Notes: generated by a model from the letters alone, not told the origin. A stretch of DNA of 64,000 bases from Gemmatimonadota bacterium (GCA_025358055.1 JANYKV010000007.1:459-64458); one strand, 5' to 3'. Positions 49,736-60,214 are shown, numbered from the stretch's first letter. Program-made: numbers and translations.

Positions 49736-49770
49736 CAGGGCGTCCCAACGTGCTCGTTTGGGACGCCCTG
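49736..49770 (-). terminator. rpsO-pnp intergenic stem-loop (rpsO terminator/attenuator and candidate pnp leader processing site)
   Basis: Perfect 13-bp stem CAGGGCGTCCCAA / TTGGGACGCCCTG with a 9-nt loop, 15 nt after the rpsO stop. Confidence 0.6.
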
Positions 49771-49785
49771 ATCCGACAGCCGCAA

Positions 49786-50046
49786 CTAGTGACGGAGGCC
49801 GAGTTCAGCGATGAGCGACCGGTAGGTGCCGAGGTCGCTTCGCTTGAGATACGTGAGCAGCCGTCGGCGAGTGCCGACCATTTTGAGCAGCCCACGTCGC
49901 CCATGATGGTCCTTCACGTGCGCGCGGAAATGATCCGTCAGGGAATTAATACGCTCGGTGAGCAGCGCCACCTGCACTTTGGTGGAGCCGGTGTCGGTGT
50001 CGTGTTGGCGATGCTTCGCGACGACACCTTGCTTGTCGAAACCCAT
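49786..50046 (-). CDS. rpsO: 30S ribosomal protein S15
   Basis: 86 aa. [50 protein letters not shown]. Confidence 0.95.
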   Translation of the reverse strand: MGFDKQGVVAKHRQHDTDTGSTKVQVALLTERINSLTDHFRAHVKDHHGRRGLLKMVGTRRRLLTYLKRSDLGTYRSLIAELGLRH

Positions 50047-50190
50047 ACCTCAGTCCTCGTCTCTTCGGATCACGATAAATACCTATAGCACATTAAGATA
50101 ACGCCCCCATCCCGTGGAGGCGAGCCCGGCATCCCGCCGCAGGTACCCGGGTGACTGGTTTCCTATCGCAAGTGATTATGGAACAATGGT

Positions 50191-51555
50191 TTAGACCCCA
50201 AGCCACCGCCGAATATCATTGGACATCGCCAGCGTCATCAACAGGACGATCACCACCAGACCCACCATGGTCAGTCGCTCTCGGACTCGGACGGAAAGCG
50301 GACGCCGTAGAATCGCTTCGCCCAGCAGAAACATGACCTGGCCACCATCCAGAATCGGAATCGGCAATAGGTTCATGATCGCAAGGTTGACGGATATGAT
50401 CGCCATGAAAGTGAGGAAGGCCTGCCAGCCCAGCTTGGCCGTTTGACCTGCCAGGCGCCCGATCATGATTGGCCCGCCCAGCTCCCTCGTGGAAACCTGA
50501 CCGGTGAGAATCCCCCGGATGGCCCCAACGAGGGCAGTGGACTCGCGAACGGTCTCCTGCATGCCGTCTTTCAGGGCCCGGAAGAACCCCACCGGTTCGG
50601 AGCGGACCGGCGGAATGGCGACCCCGACGCCCAGTCGACCGACCTCGCGGGACCGGCCATCGGGTCCGACCCCGGGTTTGGTGATGGAGATGGCACTAAC
50701 GGTCCGATGTTCCGCGCCACGTGCCACCGTCAGACGGATCGGCCGATTGGGCCGGGCTTCGATCGCGGCAACCGCTTGAGACCACACCCGCACCGGAATC
50801 GAGTCCACCGCGAGGATGGTGTCGCCGACGGCAAGGCCCGCCCGCTCCGCTGGAAGGCCCACTTCAAGCTGGCCGACGACCGCGGGTACGTAGTACTGGA
50901 GCGCGATCGCGGCCCGCATTCGATCGCTCGCGGCCTGGCTAGGAATCATGAGCCGGATGGCCGGCTTTCCGGCGACCTCGATCACGATGCTATCGGTGGG
51001 TGCGTCAGTAATGCCCCGAATGATCTCTCCCCATGCCGTCACCGGAGCCCCGTTGACGGCCGTGATGCTGTCGCCGAGCGCGAGATTGGCCAGGCCCCGC
51101 GCGGAGGCGGGGAGACTGTCGACGGTGACGCCTCCGATGGTCCGCACCAGCAGGGCCTGCTTACCGTTCTTGAGAATCAGACCGGAGAACACCAACCAGG
51201 CGAAGAGGAAATTCATGGTGACACCGGCGAGAATGACCACCAGCCGCACCCATATGGGCTTGGACTCGAAGAACGCGCCGGCGGGTACGTCGCTGGCGGT
51301 GGCGGTTCCCTCCAACATGCCGCTGGCGGAATCCTCCTCTTGGCTCGCCATTTTGACGTAACCCCCGAGCGGAACCCAGGAGATCGAATACTCGGTGCCA
51401 TTCCGGATGAAGGTGAGCCATTTGATGGGTGCACCGAGGCCGAGCGAGAACCGATGCACGAAAATTCCCGCCGCTTTGGCCGCCAGAAAATGCCCGCCCT
51501 CGTGCACGAAGACCAGCACGCCCAAGACGACGACGAAGGCCAGGAACGCGGTCAT
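50191..51555 (-). CDS. rseP: RIP metalloprotease RseP (site-2 protease, M50)
   Basis: 454 aa. The HEGGHF zinc motif, PDZ domains, and a C-terminal NLLPIPILDGG. Confidence 0.93.
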   Translation of the reverse strand: MTAFLAFVVVLGVLVFVHEGGHFLAAKAAGIFVHRFSLGLGAPIKWLTFIRNGTEYSISWVPLGGYVKMASQEEDSASGMLEGTATASDVPAGAFFESKPIWVRLVVILAGVTMNFLFAWLVFSGLILKNGKQALLVRTIGGVTVDSLPASARGLANLALGDSITAVNGAPVTAWGEIIRGITDAPTDSIVIEVAGKPAIRLMIPSQAASDRMRAAIALQYYVPAVVGQLEVGLPAERAGLAVGDTILAVDSIPVRVWSQAVAAIEARPNRPIRLTVARGAEHRTVSAISITKPGVGPDGRSREVGRLGVGVAIPPVRSEPVGFFRALKDGMQETVRESTALVGAIRGILTGQVSTRELGGPIMIGRLAGQTAKLGWQAFLTFMAIISVNLAIMNLLPIPILDGGQVMFLLGEAILRRPLSVRVRERLTMVGLVVIVLLMTLAMSNDIRRWLGV

Positions 51556-52670
51556 CCCACCATCCTCTCGGCCCGCGTTCGGGCCTGGCGATCGGCGTCC
51601 CGAATGACCTCCAGCGACGACGCCACTTCGACCCTAAGCTCCGCCAGCACCGCTTCAATCACTTCGGCGATGCGCGCGAATCGGATCTTCCCCGCGAGGA
51701 AGCCCGCTACCGCCACCTCATTCGCCGCATTGAAGATGGCGGGCGCGGTTCCCCCCCGCCGACCCGCGGCCACACCGGCGCCGAACGCACGGAAGACCTC
51801 CGTGCGCACGGGCTCGAACGTGAGCGCCCCAGTGGCGAGCGGGTCGAAGCGCCGGACGCCGGCGTCGGGAAGACGTTCAGGATGCGAGAGCGCGTAGAGG
51901 ATCGGTAGTTCCATCGTGGGGAATCCAAGTTGTCCGAGCACGCTCCCGTCCACGAACTCGACGAACGCATGCACGATGCTCTGCGGGTGGACCACGACAT
52001 CCAGAGCGTCGTACCCCAGCCCGAAGAGAAAATGGGCCTCGATGATTTCGAGTGCCTTATTCGCCAAGGTCGCACTGTCGACGCTGATTTTGTTCCCCAT
52101 CCGCCAGGTCGGATGGTTGAGCGCTTCGGCCACAGTGGCGTCCGCCAGCTGCGCTTGCGGCCAGTCCCGGAACGGGCCACCCGACGCGGTGAGGATAAGG
52201 CGCGAGATTTCGGCTCGTCGGTCGGTCAGGCATTGCAGCACGGCGCTGTGTTCGGAGTCGATCGGAATCAGCTCTCCCCCACCCTGGCGCGCCGCCTCCA
52301 GCACCAACTCGCCGCCGACCACCAACGATTCCTTGTTCGCAAGTGCGACGCGCTTCCCAGCCCGCAACGCGGCCAGCGTCGCGTCGAGGCCGGCAAACCC
52401 GACCACCGCGTTCACGACGATGTCCACATCGGGATGGGTCGCCGCCGTGAGCAGGCACGACGCCCCGCGTTCCCTCGCGGTGCGAGACGGTGAGCCGTTC
52501 ACGATGCCGATGAAATCGGGGCGCCATTCCTCGGCCTGGCAATCCAGAAGCTCCGCGTTGCTCCCCGCCGTAAGGGCCACCAACCGAAATCGATCACGCT
52601 GTCGTGCCAGCACCCGCAGCGTGCTGGTGCCGATCGAACCGGTCGAGCCGAGAATTGCGACGCCGCGCAT
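51552..52670 (-). CDS. dxr: 1-deoxy-D-xylulose-5-phosphate reductoisomerase
   Basis: The start MRGVAILGSTGSIGTSTL is M129 of the track ORF and overlaps the cdsA stop by 1 nt. The upstream extension lies inside cdsA. Confidence 0.94.
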   Translation of the reverse strand: MRGVAILGSTGSIGTSTLRVLARQRDRFRLVALTAGSNAELLDCQAEEWRPDFIGIVNGSPSRTARERGASCLLTAATHPDVDIVVNAVVGFAGLDATLAALRAGKRVALANKESLVVGGELVLEAARQGGGELIPIDSEHSAVLQCLTDRRAEISRLILTASGGPFRDWPQAQLADATVAEALNHPTWRMGNKISVDSATLANKALEIIEAHFLFGLGYDALDVVVHPQSIVHAFVEFVDGSVLGQLGFPTMELPILYALSHPERLPDAGVRRFDPLATGALTFEPVRTEVFRAFGAGVAAGRRGGTAPAIFNAANEVAVAGFLAGKIRFARIAEVIEAVLAELRVEVASSLEVIRDADRQARTRAERMVG

Positions 52671-53536
52671 CAGATCACCTCGAAACAGCGGAACAGAACG
52701 GCGGCCACCGGAATGCCGAAGTAGAGCGCGTCGAACCGATCCAACACACCACCGTGCCCCGGTATGAGGTGGCTCGAATCCTTCACCCCGGCCTCGCGTT
52801 TGAGGAGCGACTCCGCCAGGTCGCCGATTTGACCCGCGGTCGACACCACCGCTCCGAACGCGACCAATTGCCACAGCGGCAGGACCACCCCGACCGGCCG
52901 AAGCGCCAGGCCACCGAACAACACCGCACCGACGGTCCCCCCGAAGAAACCGGCGATGGCGCCCGACCAGGTTTTTCCGGGGCTGATGACCGGAGCGAGC
53001 TTCCTTCCTCCAAACGCTTTCCCAGCGAACATGGCCGCGGTGTCGCAGAGCCAAATCACCGCCAATGGAAGAAACGTAAGCCAGGTCGCGGCCCAGGGGG
53101 ACTGATCACTCGGTCCGAGCCGGATGGCCAGCAAGAAACTCGGTAGGGCCGCGCAGTAGAGCGGGGCAAAGCAAGTCACCGCGACGCTGGCCAAGGGCTT
53201 CTCGGTGGGGCTCCGGGCCCCCAGGACCCAAGTGAGGAGTCCGATCGACCATAGGGCGAGAGCGTAGGGCCATAGCCCTTGAACCGACGCTCGTACCGCG
53301 GGCGAGGTGAGCGCGCCATAGGTAAGGGCCGGGAGGGCACCCGCGAGCAAAAACGCGAATCCGGAAACTGGATTCACCCCCTGGCGCACGGCGAGATTCA
53401 AGAGTTCGAAAGTGCCAAGCGCCGCGACGATGGCAAGGAGGAGCACGAGCGGGTACCCACCCAGCCAAACCACCGCGATAGCGACTGGAATGCCGACTGC
53501 AGCGACCGCCACCCGCTGAACCAGGTTCCCGACCAT
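52670..53536 (-). CDS. cdsA: Phosphatidate cytidylyltransferase
   Basis: 288 aa. CTP_transf_1 signature SLLKREAGVKDSSHLIPGHGGVLDRFD. Confidence 0.9.
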   Translation of the reverse strand: MVGNLVQRVAVAAVGIPVAIAVVWLGGYPLVLLLAIVAALGTFELLNLAVRQGVNPVSGFAFLLAGALPALTYGALTSPAVRASVQGLWPYALALWSIGLLTWVLGARSPTEKPLASVAVTCFAPLYCAALPSFLLAIRLGPSDQSPWAATWLTFLPLAVIWLCDTAAMFAGKAFGGRKLAPVISPGKTWSGAIAGFFGGTVGAVLFGGLALRPVGVVLPLWQLVAFGAVVSTAGQIGDLAESLLKREAGVKDSSHLIPGHGGVLDRFDALYFGIPVAAVLFRCFEVI

Positions 53537-53541
53537 TGGGC

Positions 53542-54291
53542 CTACAAAGAGACGCGCCCGAAGCGACGGTCGCGTTGTTGGTAATCCTGAATCGCTTGGA
53601 AGAGATGTACTCGAGTGAAATCAGGCCAGAGGACAGGCGTGACGTAGAACTCCGCGTAAGCCAACTGCCAGAGAAGGAAGTTGGAGAGACGGTATTCACC
53701 CGACGTCCGGATCAGGAGGTCGGGATCGGGCCACTCCGCCGTGTAGAGCCGCTGGGCCACACACGCTTCGTCGACGTCTTGGGGCACGAGCCGGCCAGCC
53801 TTCACCTCTTCGGCGATGAGGCGCGCGGCGCGCGCGAGTTCCGCCCTCGCGCCATACGAGATGCAGAGATTGAGGGCTAGGTTGGCACCGCCGGCGGTGG
53901 TGGCGACGAGACTGTCGACCGCGCGTTGGGCGGATGGAGAGAGGCGCTCGAGATCGCCGAGGAACCGCACCGCGACTCCCTGATCCCGGAGCTGGGCCGC
54001 CTCCTTGGCGATATACTCCTCGAGCAGTCGCATGAGGGCGTCGATTTCGGCCGGAGGGCGCTGCCAGTTCTCTTGGGAAAACGCGAAGAGCGTGAGGACA
54101 TCGACGCCTGCTTGGAGGCCGCCTTCGACGATTTCCCGGACCGCCGCCATCCCGGCCTGATGGCCCGCGGGCCGCGGCAACGAGCGAGCCTGAGCCCAGC
54201 GCCCGTTCCCATCCATGATGATGGCGATATGGGCCGGGATGGTGCCATGGAGTCGAATGGCGCCGAGCAAGTCGTCGTTTGACCCCGTCAC
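53542..54291 (-). CDS. uppS: Undecaprenyl diphosphate synthase
   Basis: 249 aa. IIMDGNGRWA, and RTSGEYRLSNFLLWQ. Confidence 0.94.
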   Translation of the reverse strand: MTGSNDDLLGAIRLHGTIPAHIAIIMDGNGRWAQARSLPRPAGHQAGMAAVREIVEGGLQAGVDVLTLFAFSQENWQRPPAEIDALMRLLEEYIAKEAAQLRDQGVAVRFLGDLERLSPSAQRAVDSLVATTAGGANLALNLCISYGARAELARAARLIAEEVKAGRLVPQDVDEACVAQRLYTAEWPDPDLLIRTSGEYRLSNFLLWQLAYAEFYVTPVLWPDFTRVHLFQAIQDYQQRDRRFGRVSL

Positions 54292-54842
54292 ACTTCCATG
54301 ATCTCCGCTTCTTTGGAGGTGATGATCTGGTCGATGTGCTTGATATTGTCGTCGGTCAGCTTCTGGACCTCTTTCTCGCAGCGGGTCTTCTCGTCCTCGG
54401 ACACGTGCTCCACCTTCTTGATCTTGTGCAGCCCATCGGTGCGCGCATGGCGGACGGCCACCCGACCCTCTTCAGCCAACTTGTGGACGATCTTCACCAA
54501 GTCCTTCCGCCGCTCCTGCGACAGGGGCGGCAGCGGAATCCGAATGATGTTTCCCTGCCCGACCGGATTCAGGCCCAGATCGGCGTCCCGAATCGCCTTC
54601 TCGATCGCTTGGGAGAGGCCTTTATCGAAGGGCTGTACGGTGAGGAGGCGAGGCTCCGGGGCGGCGATCATGCCGACCTGATTGAGCGGCACATGCGTCC
54701 CGTACGCGTCAACCTTCACCAGATCGAGGAGCTGCGTGCTGGCTTTACCGGTGCGAATGCCGGACAGCTCGCGTTTGGTGTTCTCGATGGCTTTGATCAT
54801 GCCGTCTTTGGCATGCCTGATGATTTCCGGAAGAGTAGTCAT
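54288..54842 (-). CDS. frr: Ribosome recycling factor
   Basis: 184 aa with a typical RRF sequence ([24 protein letters not shown]). Confidence 0.96.
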   Translation of the reverse strand: MTTLPEIIRHAKDGMIKAIENTKRELSGIRTGKASTQLLDLVKVDAYGTHVPLNQVGMIAAPEPRLLTVQPFDKGLSQAIEKAIRDADLGLNPVGQGNIIRIPLPPLSQERRKDLVKIVHKLAEEGRVAVRHARTDGLHKIKKVEHVSEDEKTRCEKEVQKLTDDNIKHIDQIITSKEAEIMEV

Positions 54843-55549
54843 CGGACGATCGTTCCCACCCGTTCGCCGCGCAGAATCCGCGCGATGGCGCCGGGCTGGT
54901 GGATGTTGAAGACCACGATTGGCAAGTCGTTCGATTTACACAGGCCGAACGCATTCGCGTCCATCACCGCGTACCCTTTCACGATGGCCTCCTGAAAAGA
55001 AATCTCGGGAAGAAAGGTGGCCGCCGGATCGATCTTCGGATCGCCGGTGTAAATACCATCGACGCTGGTCGCCTTCAGGATGACCTGCGCCTCAATCTCT
55101 AAGGCCCGGAGGACGGCCGCGGTGTCCGTGGAAAAAAACGGATTGCCGGTCCCCCCGGCGAAGATGACCAATCGGCCTTTCTCAAGGTGGCGAATGGCCC
55201 GGCGGCGAATATAGGGCTCGGCCAACGATTCCATCCGAATCGCGGTCATGACCCGGGTCTGAACCCCCATCTTTTCGAGAATGTCTTGCAAGGCGAGCGC
55301 GTTGATGACCGTGGCAAGCATGCCCATGTAGTCTGCGGACACGCGATCGAGCCCCTCGCGGCTCGCCTTAGTACCACGAATGATGTTGCCGCCACCCACG
55401 ACGAGACCCAGGTGAACGCCGAGGGCATGGACACCTTTGATCTCATCCGCCAGAGACTCGACTACCTGATAGTCGAGTCCCACCCCGCGTTCCCCGGCCA
55501 ACGCTTCCCCCGATATTTTGAGGAGAGCGCGATTGAAAGCCAGCGCCAT
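54839..55549 (-). CDS. pyrH: UMP kinase
   Basis: 236 aa. [17 protein letters not shown]. Confidence 0.96.
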   Translation of the reverse strand: MALAFNRALLKISGEALAGERGVGLDYQVVESLADEIKGVHALGVHLGLVVGGGNIIRGTKASREGLDRVSADYMGMLATVINALALQDILEKMGVQTRVMTAIRMESLAEPYIRRRAIRHLEKGRLVIFAGGTGNPFFSTDTAAVLRALEIEAQVILKATSVDGIYTGDPKIDPAATFLPEISFQEAIVKGYAVMDANAFGLCKSNDLPIVVFNIHQPGAIARILRGERVGTIVR

Positions 55550-56412
55550 CAGCCTTCCCCAACTTTGAAGCGCGCGAAACGAACGACCGACGCTCCGGCC
55601 ATCGCGTTGACCAGATCGCCGACGGTCTTCTTGTCGTCCTTCACGAATGCTTGGTCGAGCAACGACCGCTCGGCGGTAAACTTCCGCAGCTTGCCCTCCA
55701 CGATCTTGCCGCGAATATGCTCGGGCTTTCCTTCCGCGACCACCTGTTCCTCGGCAATTCGGCGTTCCCGGTCGATCATTTCCGCCGGAATGTCCTTCGC
55801 GCTGACCGCAAGCGGGTCGGCCGAGGCGATATGGAGCGCGACCTCGCGCGCCAACGCCAGCGCGGCATCGCCACTCACTCCGGCCAGCTCGACGAGGACG
55901 CCGACTTGCCCATTGTGGTGCAGGTAGAAGCCGACGAGCCTGCCGGCCCCACCAAAGCGCGCAACCCGGCGCAGAGCCATCGCTTCTCCGACCGTACCCG
56001 AGACCTGCTTCACCACCTCGCCGACGGTCTTGCCCTGAAGCGGTTGATTCAGGATAGCACTGTTCTCACCGCCGATGTGGATTCCATCCGGCGCGTGCTC
56101 GGCGAAATGGGCCACCAGGGCCTTCGCCAGATCCCGGAACCCATCGGTCCGCGCCACGAAGTCGGTTTCGCAATTCAACTCGATCATGGTTCCCGCGGCG
56201 CCCGTCGCATTCACGTCCACCATCACGATGCCCTGCGACGCCCCGCGACCCGCTCGGGTCTCCGCTTTCGCGATCCCTTTCGCGCGGAGGAGTTCCGCGG
56301 CGCGATCCATGTCGCCCCCGGCCTCCTCGAGCGCATTCTTGCAGTCCATCATGCCCGCACTGGTTCGGGCCCGCAGTTCACTGATTGCTTTCGGAGAAAC
56401 CGTCAGACTCAT
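55549..56412 (-). CDS. tsf: Elongation factor Ts
   Basis: 287 aa. [31 protein letters not shown] is the UBA-like N-terminus. Confidence 0.95.
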   Translation of the reverse strand: MSLTVSPKAISELRARTSAGMMDCKNALEEAGGDMDRAAELLRAKGIAKAETRAGRGASQGIVMVDVNATGAAGTMIELNCETDFVARTDGFRDLAKALVAHFAEHAPDGIHIGGENSAILNQPLQGKTVGEVVKQVSGTVGEAMALRRVARFGGAGRLVGFYLHHNGQVGVLVELAGVSGDAALALAREVALHIASADPLAVSAKDIPAEMIDRERRIAEEQVVAEGKPEHIRGKIVEGKLRKFTAERSLLDQAFVKDDKKTVGDLVNAMAGASVVRFARFKVGEG

Positions 56413-56440
56413 AGTTCACTCATAGCGTTGGATAGTAAGA

Positions 56441-56476
56441 CCGCCGCGAATGGCCGACAGGGCCATGGCGCGGCGG
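56441..56476 (-). promoter_or_regulatory. rpsB-tsf intergenic GC hairpin (candidate attenuator)
   Basis: CCGCCGCGAATGGCC / GGCCATGGCGCGGCGG, an 8+6 bp stem with a 2-nt internal mismatch and loop GACAG. Confidence 0.45.
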
Positions 56477-56502
56477 CGCGTTCCGACATCGTGCGGCTCA
56501 GA

Positions 56503-57384
56503 CTAAGCGCTCGCGTCGCCGGTGGCTCCCGAAGCCGCCTCGCTGGGTTCCGTCTTGAGCCGAGCCGCGATGGCCTCGGGTTTGGGCCGCCGTTTCCGAC
56601 CGGGCCGACGGCGGCGGCGATCGGTTTCTGGATCTCCTTCGGTGCCGCCGTCCGTGCTGTAGGTCTCGGCTTCGGAGTGCTCGGTTTCGTCCCGGAGCGG
56701 CATTTGCGACCGCGCCTCGCGAATGACGTCACACAGCGCCGTGGTGATCAGGGAGACGGACCGGATCGCGTCATCGTTCCCCGGAATCGGGACGGTGATC
56801 ACGTCGGGGTCCGCGTTGGTGTCGACGATCGCCACCACGGGAATGCCGAGCTTGTTCGCCTCTTGAATCGCGATCTTTTCCTTTTTGGCGTCGACGATAA
56901 ATAATGCGCCGGGCAGTCGCGCCAGATTTTTCAGGCCTTCGAGGTTACGGAGCAGTTTGACCCGCTCGCGCTCGAACAACAGTTTTTCCTTTTTGGTATA
57001 GCTCTCGAAATCGCCTTCGAGCGACCCCTGTTCCAAGTCGCGAAGCCGGCGGATCTGTTTCTTGATAGTTTGGAAATTGGTCAGGGTGCCGCCGAGCCAA
57101 CGCTCGGTGACCCAAAACGCCCCGGCGTTCCCGGCTTCGGTTTGGACCAGCGCCTTGAGTTGTTTCTTGGTGCAAACGAAGAGCACCCCATCGCCCTTGA
57201 GAACGACGGCGCGAAGCAGTTCCTGTGCCTTCTGGATTTGCCGCAGCGTCTTTTGCAAATCGATGATGTAGATCCCCGAACGTTCCGCGAAGATGAACCG
57301 TCGCATCTTCGGGTTCCACCGGCGGGTCTGGTGACCAAAATGCACACCAGCTTCGAGCAGATCTTGTACCTGTGGCTGTGCCAT
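56503..57384 (-). CDS. rpsB: 30S ribosomal protein S2 (with a ~50-aa charged C-terminal extension)
   Basis: The start MAQPQVQDLLEAGVHFGHQTRRWNPKM is M35 of the track ORF. The tail reads ...DRRRRRPGRKRRPKPEAIAARLK... Confidence 0.95.
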   Translation of the reverse strand: MAQPQVQDLLEAGVHFGHQTRRWNPKMRRFIFAERSGIYIIDLQKTLRQIQKAQELLRAVVLKGDGVLFVCTKKQLKALVQTEAGNAGAFWVTERWLGGTLTNFQTIKKQIRRLRDLEQGSLEGDFESYTKKEKLLFERERVKLLRNLEGLKNLARLPGALFIVDAKKEKIAIQEANKLGIPVVAIVDTNADPDVITVPIPGNDDAIRSVSLITTALCDVIREARSQMPLRDETEHSEAETYSTDGGTEGDPETDRRRRRPGRKRRPKPEAIAARLKTEPSEAASGATGDASA

Positions 57385-57497
57385 GCGAAAACGTGCTTCC
57401 TGTCTTGCTAGAGGGTTAAACCGCCACCGTCTTCTCTTCCCGATCCGACCTCGGCCGAAGCGCGAGGCACCCAGATCGAAATCCAACGGTGTGTGGA

Positions 57498-57554
57498 GTA
57501 GGACCGGTCCGTGGGCCGGTCAGATCGGCGGACCGGCCCACCGGCCGGTCCTAC
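57498..57554 (-). terminator. Long GC-rich hairpin 3 nt after the rpsI stop (terminator candidate, no U-tract)
   Basis: GTAGGACCGG...TGGGCCGGTC / GACCGGCCCA...CCGGTCCTAC, about 24 pairing positions with a small internal mismatch. Confidence 0.55.
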
Positions 57555-57557
57555 CGG

Positions 57558-57959
57558 TTACCGCTTGCTGAACTGGAACCGCTTCCGGGCGCCGGGGCGG
57601 CCGGGCTTCTTCCGCTCGACAGCACGCGGGTCGCGAGTCAGAAGTCCGCCGGTCCGGAGTTTCGGGCGATGCAGCGGATCCGCGCTCAAGAGCGCTCGGG
57701 CGATTCCGTGGCGGAGCGCGCCGGCCTGGCCGGCCTGACCGCCGCCTTCGACGTGAGCCCGGACATCAAATGCGCCGAGGGTGTCGGTGGTGGTAAACGG
57801 CTGCTGGATGTGCGACACCAACGACGGGCGGGGGAAATAGTCGCCCAGCGTACGGCCGTTGATTTCCCACTTGCCGGTGCCGGGTGTGAGATACACCCGC
57901 GCGACGCTCGTCTTGCGGCGTCCGACGGCCTGCCAACGAAATTCGGAAGTCGTGCTCAT
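57558..57959 (-). CDS. rpsI: 30S ribosomal protein S9
   Basis: 133 aa. [10 protein letters not shown]..., with a C-terminal [17 protein letters not shown]. Confidence 0.95.
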   Translation of the reverse strand: MSTTSEFRWQAVGRRKTSVARVYLTPGTGKWEINGRTLGDYFPRPSLVSHIQQPFTTTDTLGAFDVRAHVEGGGQAGQAGALRHGIARALLSADPLHRPKLRTGGLLTRDPRAVERKKPGRPGARKRFQFSKR

Positions 57960-58408
57960 ACGGGCACCTTCGACGGCGAGAGGGCGAACGGCTTCGGCAT
58001 CTGCGCTTCATGGGGATGGGCCGAACCCGCGTAGACCTTGAGCTTGCCCCGAAGCTTCTGGCGGCTCAACGTGTTCTTCGGCAACATGCCGAACACGGCC
58101 TTCTCGATGACCCGGTCCGGATGCTTCGCCAGCAAGTTCTTGACCGGAGTGAAGCTCTCGTGCCCCATGTAGCCGGAGTGCGAAAAGTATTTCTTCTGGT
58201 CCATCTTCTTGCCGGTGAGCTTCACCTTCTCCGCATTCACGACCACGACGAAGTCTCCACCGTCCATATGCGGCGTGAAGGTTGGTTTGTGCTTGCCCCG
58301 GATCAATTGCGCGACGGCACTCGCTAGGCGTCCCAGTGAAATCCCGGTCGCGTCCACCACATGCCAATCGTGGTTGAGGTCGCCCGGTTTAGCGGAGAAG
58401 GTCTTCAT
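57956..58408 (-). CDS. rplM: 50S ribosomal protein L13
   Basis: The start [20 protein letters not shown] is M24 of the track ORF. Confidence 0.95.
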   Translation of the reverse strand: MKTFSAKPGDLNHDWHVVDATGISLGRLASAVAQLIRGKHKPTFTPHMDGGDFVVVVNAEKVKLTGKKMDQKKYFSHSGYMGHESFTPVKNLLAKHPDRVIEKAVFGMLPKNTLSRQKLRGKLKVYAGSAHPHEAQMPKPFALSPSKVPV

Positions 58409-58487
58409 GCGTTTCAAAATCTCGGCGTAAGGCGGTAAAAGCCATTCGGACAAAGCTTTGCAAAATAGTTCCCTCAAAGGGGTTGGG

Positions 58488-58988
58488 TCAAGGGGCGAAA
58501 GTCACCAAAACCGTGCCTTTCTCCACCGCCTGCCCAGGCTTGGCGGTGATGGTTTGGACGATCCCCGGCGCAATTGCCTTGAGCTCGTTCTCCATTTTCA
58601 TGGCTTCGAGGACGATCAGGCCCGCCCCGGCGGCGACCCGTTGCCCCGGTTCGACCAAGACCCGGACCACCAGCCCGGGCATCGGAGCTTTGACCACCCC
58701 TCCTCCGGCCAAGTTTTTCGTCCCTCCGACCAGACTCCGAATGTGCGCCGCGCGCTCATCGAGCACCTCGACTTCGACGCTGGTCCCGTGATCTTGAAGA
58801 TGGCAGACGCCGTTTCCGCGCGATTCCACGGGAAGCACATAGGAGACACCGTCCAACAACAAATGGCGCAGCGGCGTGCCGCTCACAACGCGGAGCTCGG
58901 CGTGTCGGGTCCGTCCCCCGACCGTGACGCCTGCTCCGTCAACAACCACTTCATGCCGGCGATCGCCGATGGTCACGATGTATTTCAC
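58488..58988 (-). CDS. Biotin carboxyl carrier protein subunit of acyl-CoA carboxylase
   Basis: 166 aa. The C-terminal biotinyl domain carries the EAMKME biotin-Lys motif. Confidence 0.88.
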   Translation of the reverse strand: MKYIVTIGDRRHEVVVDGAGVTVGGRTRHAELRVVSGTPLRHLLLDGVSYVLPVESRGNGVCHLQDHGTSVEVEVLDERAAHIRSLVGGTKNLAGGGVVKAPMPGLVVRVLVEPGQRVAAGAGLIVLEAMKMENELKAIAPGIVQTITAKPGQAVEKGTVLVTFAP

Positions 58989-60214
58989 GCAGGCTCGAGC
59001 AAAGCGACCGTCTCAACGTGAGCGGTCTGGGGAAACAGGTCGAAGGCACGAACTGTAGTCAGTCGGTAAGGCGCGAGTCGGGCGATGTCTCGGGCGAGGG
59101 TCGCAGGGTCGCACGAGATGTACCCGATCCGCTCCGCCCCCGATCGCGCCAGTCGCTCCACTACGCCGGGCGCCATGCCCGCGCGCGGCGGATTCGCGAG
59201 CACCAATGCCGGTGCGTGGAGTGTGCTGATGGCATCCTCCACACGCGCCGCATGTCGCGTCACCCCGGCGCCGGGCCCGCGTCGCTCGGCAACACTGACG
59301 GCGCGCGGATCGACCTCGACACTCTCGACGCTCGCGCCCTCGTCAACCAACCACTGAGTTGACTCACCGATTCCGGCATACAAATCCCACACGTGCCGGC
59401 CGCGGACCGGTTGCAGCAAGCCGAGGGCAAAGGCACGCGCCCGGTCGCCCATGACTGGGTGGATCTGTTCGAACACGGTGGCCGGATAGGGTTCCTTCGC
59501 GCCGGCCAATGCCCGTGCGGCTCCACCCGGCGGCTCCCACCAGATGACCGCGGGGGTTCCGGCGTTTCGAAGGGCTTGGTCCAGGCGAGCCACCCCGTTC
59601 CACACCTCTTCCGCTCGGGTCCGAAAGAGAACGTGGCACCCGCCTTCCCGATCGAGCCGAAGGACTACCTGTTCGAGCCCGGGCGCAAAGAGCGCGCGCT
59701 GGTCCCGCATAGCGGCCCACAAGCGTTGGAGCGGCGCGACCAGTATCTCGCACTGCGCCAGGTCAAAGACGCGCTTGGGTTGGTTGACCGGGTGCAAACC
59801 GATCGCCCGACCGTCCGGCCGCACCGCCAGGGTGATCTTGGTTCGATAGGTCCACTCATCGGGGCTCGCCTCCAACTCCGGATCGACCACAGCCTGGTGC
59901 CCGATCCGGCGGAGCGCGTCACCGACCGCGCCTCGACGAGCCTCGCGCTGGCTCGGGGAGTCGAGGTGTTGCAGCTGACAGCCACCGCAATCATCGGTTT
60001 CGTAGTGGCGACAGCGTGGAGTGGTGCGTCCGGTGCCCGATTCGATGAGGCTGCCCATTCGGGCCCGCGCAAACGATTTGCTCGGGCGAACCTCCGTAAG
60101 GCCGACCAAATCTCCCGGGGCGGTTCGCGGCACGAACACGGTCCGGCCATCGATGAGCTTCCCGACTCCGTCACCACCCGCGGCGATCCGGAGAATCCGG
60201 ACGGGCTCACTCAC
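58985..60214 (-). CDS. TRAM-domain, Fe-S, SAM-dependent RNA (uracil-5)-methyltransferase (RlmD/RumA/TrmA family)
   Basis: TRAM-like N-terminus (IAAGGDGVGKLIDGRTVFVPRTAPGD), a Cys cluster (CRHYETDDCGGCQLQH), and an MTase core (DLYAGIGE...NPPRAG...YISCDPATLARD). The GTG at 60214 gives a GTGA overlap with the BC-gene stop. Confidence 0.85.
   Translation of the reverse strand: MSEPVRILRIAAGGDGVGKLIDGRTVFVPRTAPGDLVGLTEVRPSKSFARARMGSLIESGTGRTTPRCRHYETDDCGGCQLQHLDSPSQREARRGAVGDALRRIGHQAVVDPELEASPDEWTYRTKITLAVRPDGRAIGLHPVNQPKRVFDLAQCEILVAPLQRLWAAMRDQRALFAPGLEQVVLRLDREGGCHVLFRTRAEEVWNGVARLDQALRNAGTPAVIWWEPPGGAARALAGAKEPYPATVFEQIHPVMGDRARAFALGLLQPVRGRHVWDLYAGIGESTQWLVDEGASVESVEVDPRAVSVAERRGPGAGVTRHAARVEDAISTLHAPALVLANPPRAGMAPGVVERLARSGAERIGYISCDPATLARDIARLAPYRLTTVRAFDLFPQTAHVETVALLEPA

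Noticed and set aside
50047-50190. The AT-richer rseP-rpsO spacer as an S15 autoregulatory leader or promoter.
   Set aside because: Several overlapping -10/-35-like hexamers are possible and no convincing conserved structure could be folded by eye. It needs a covariance model or TSS data.
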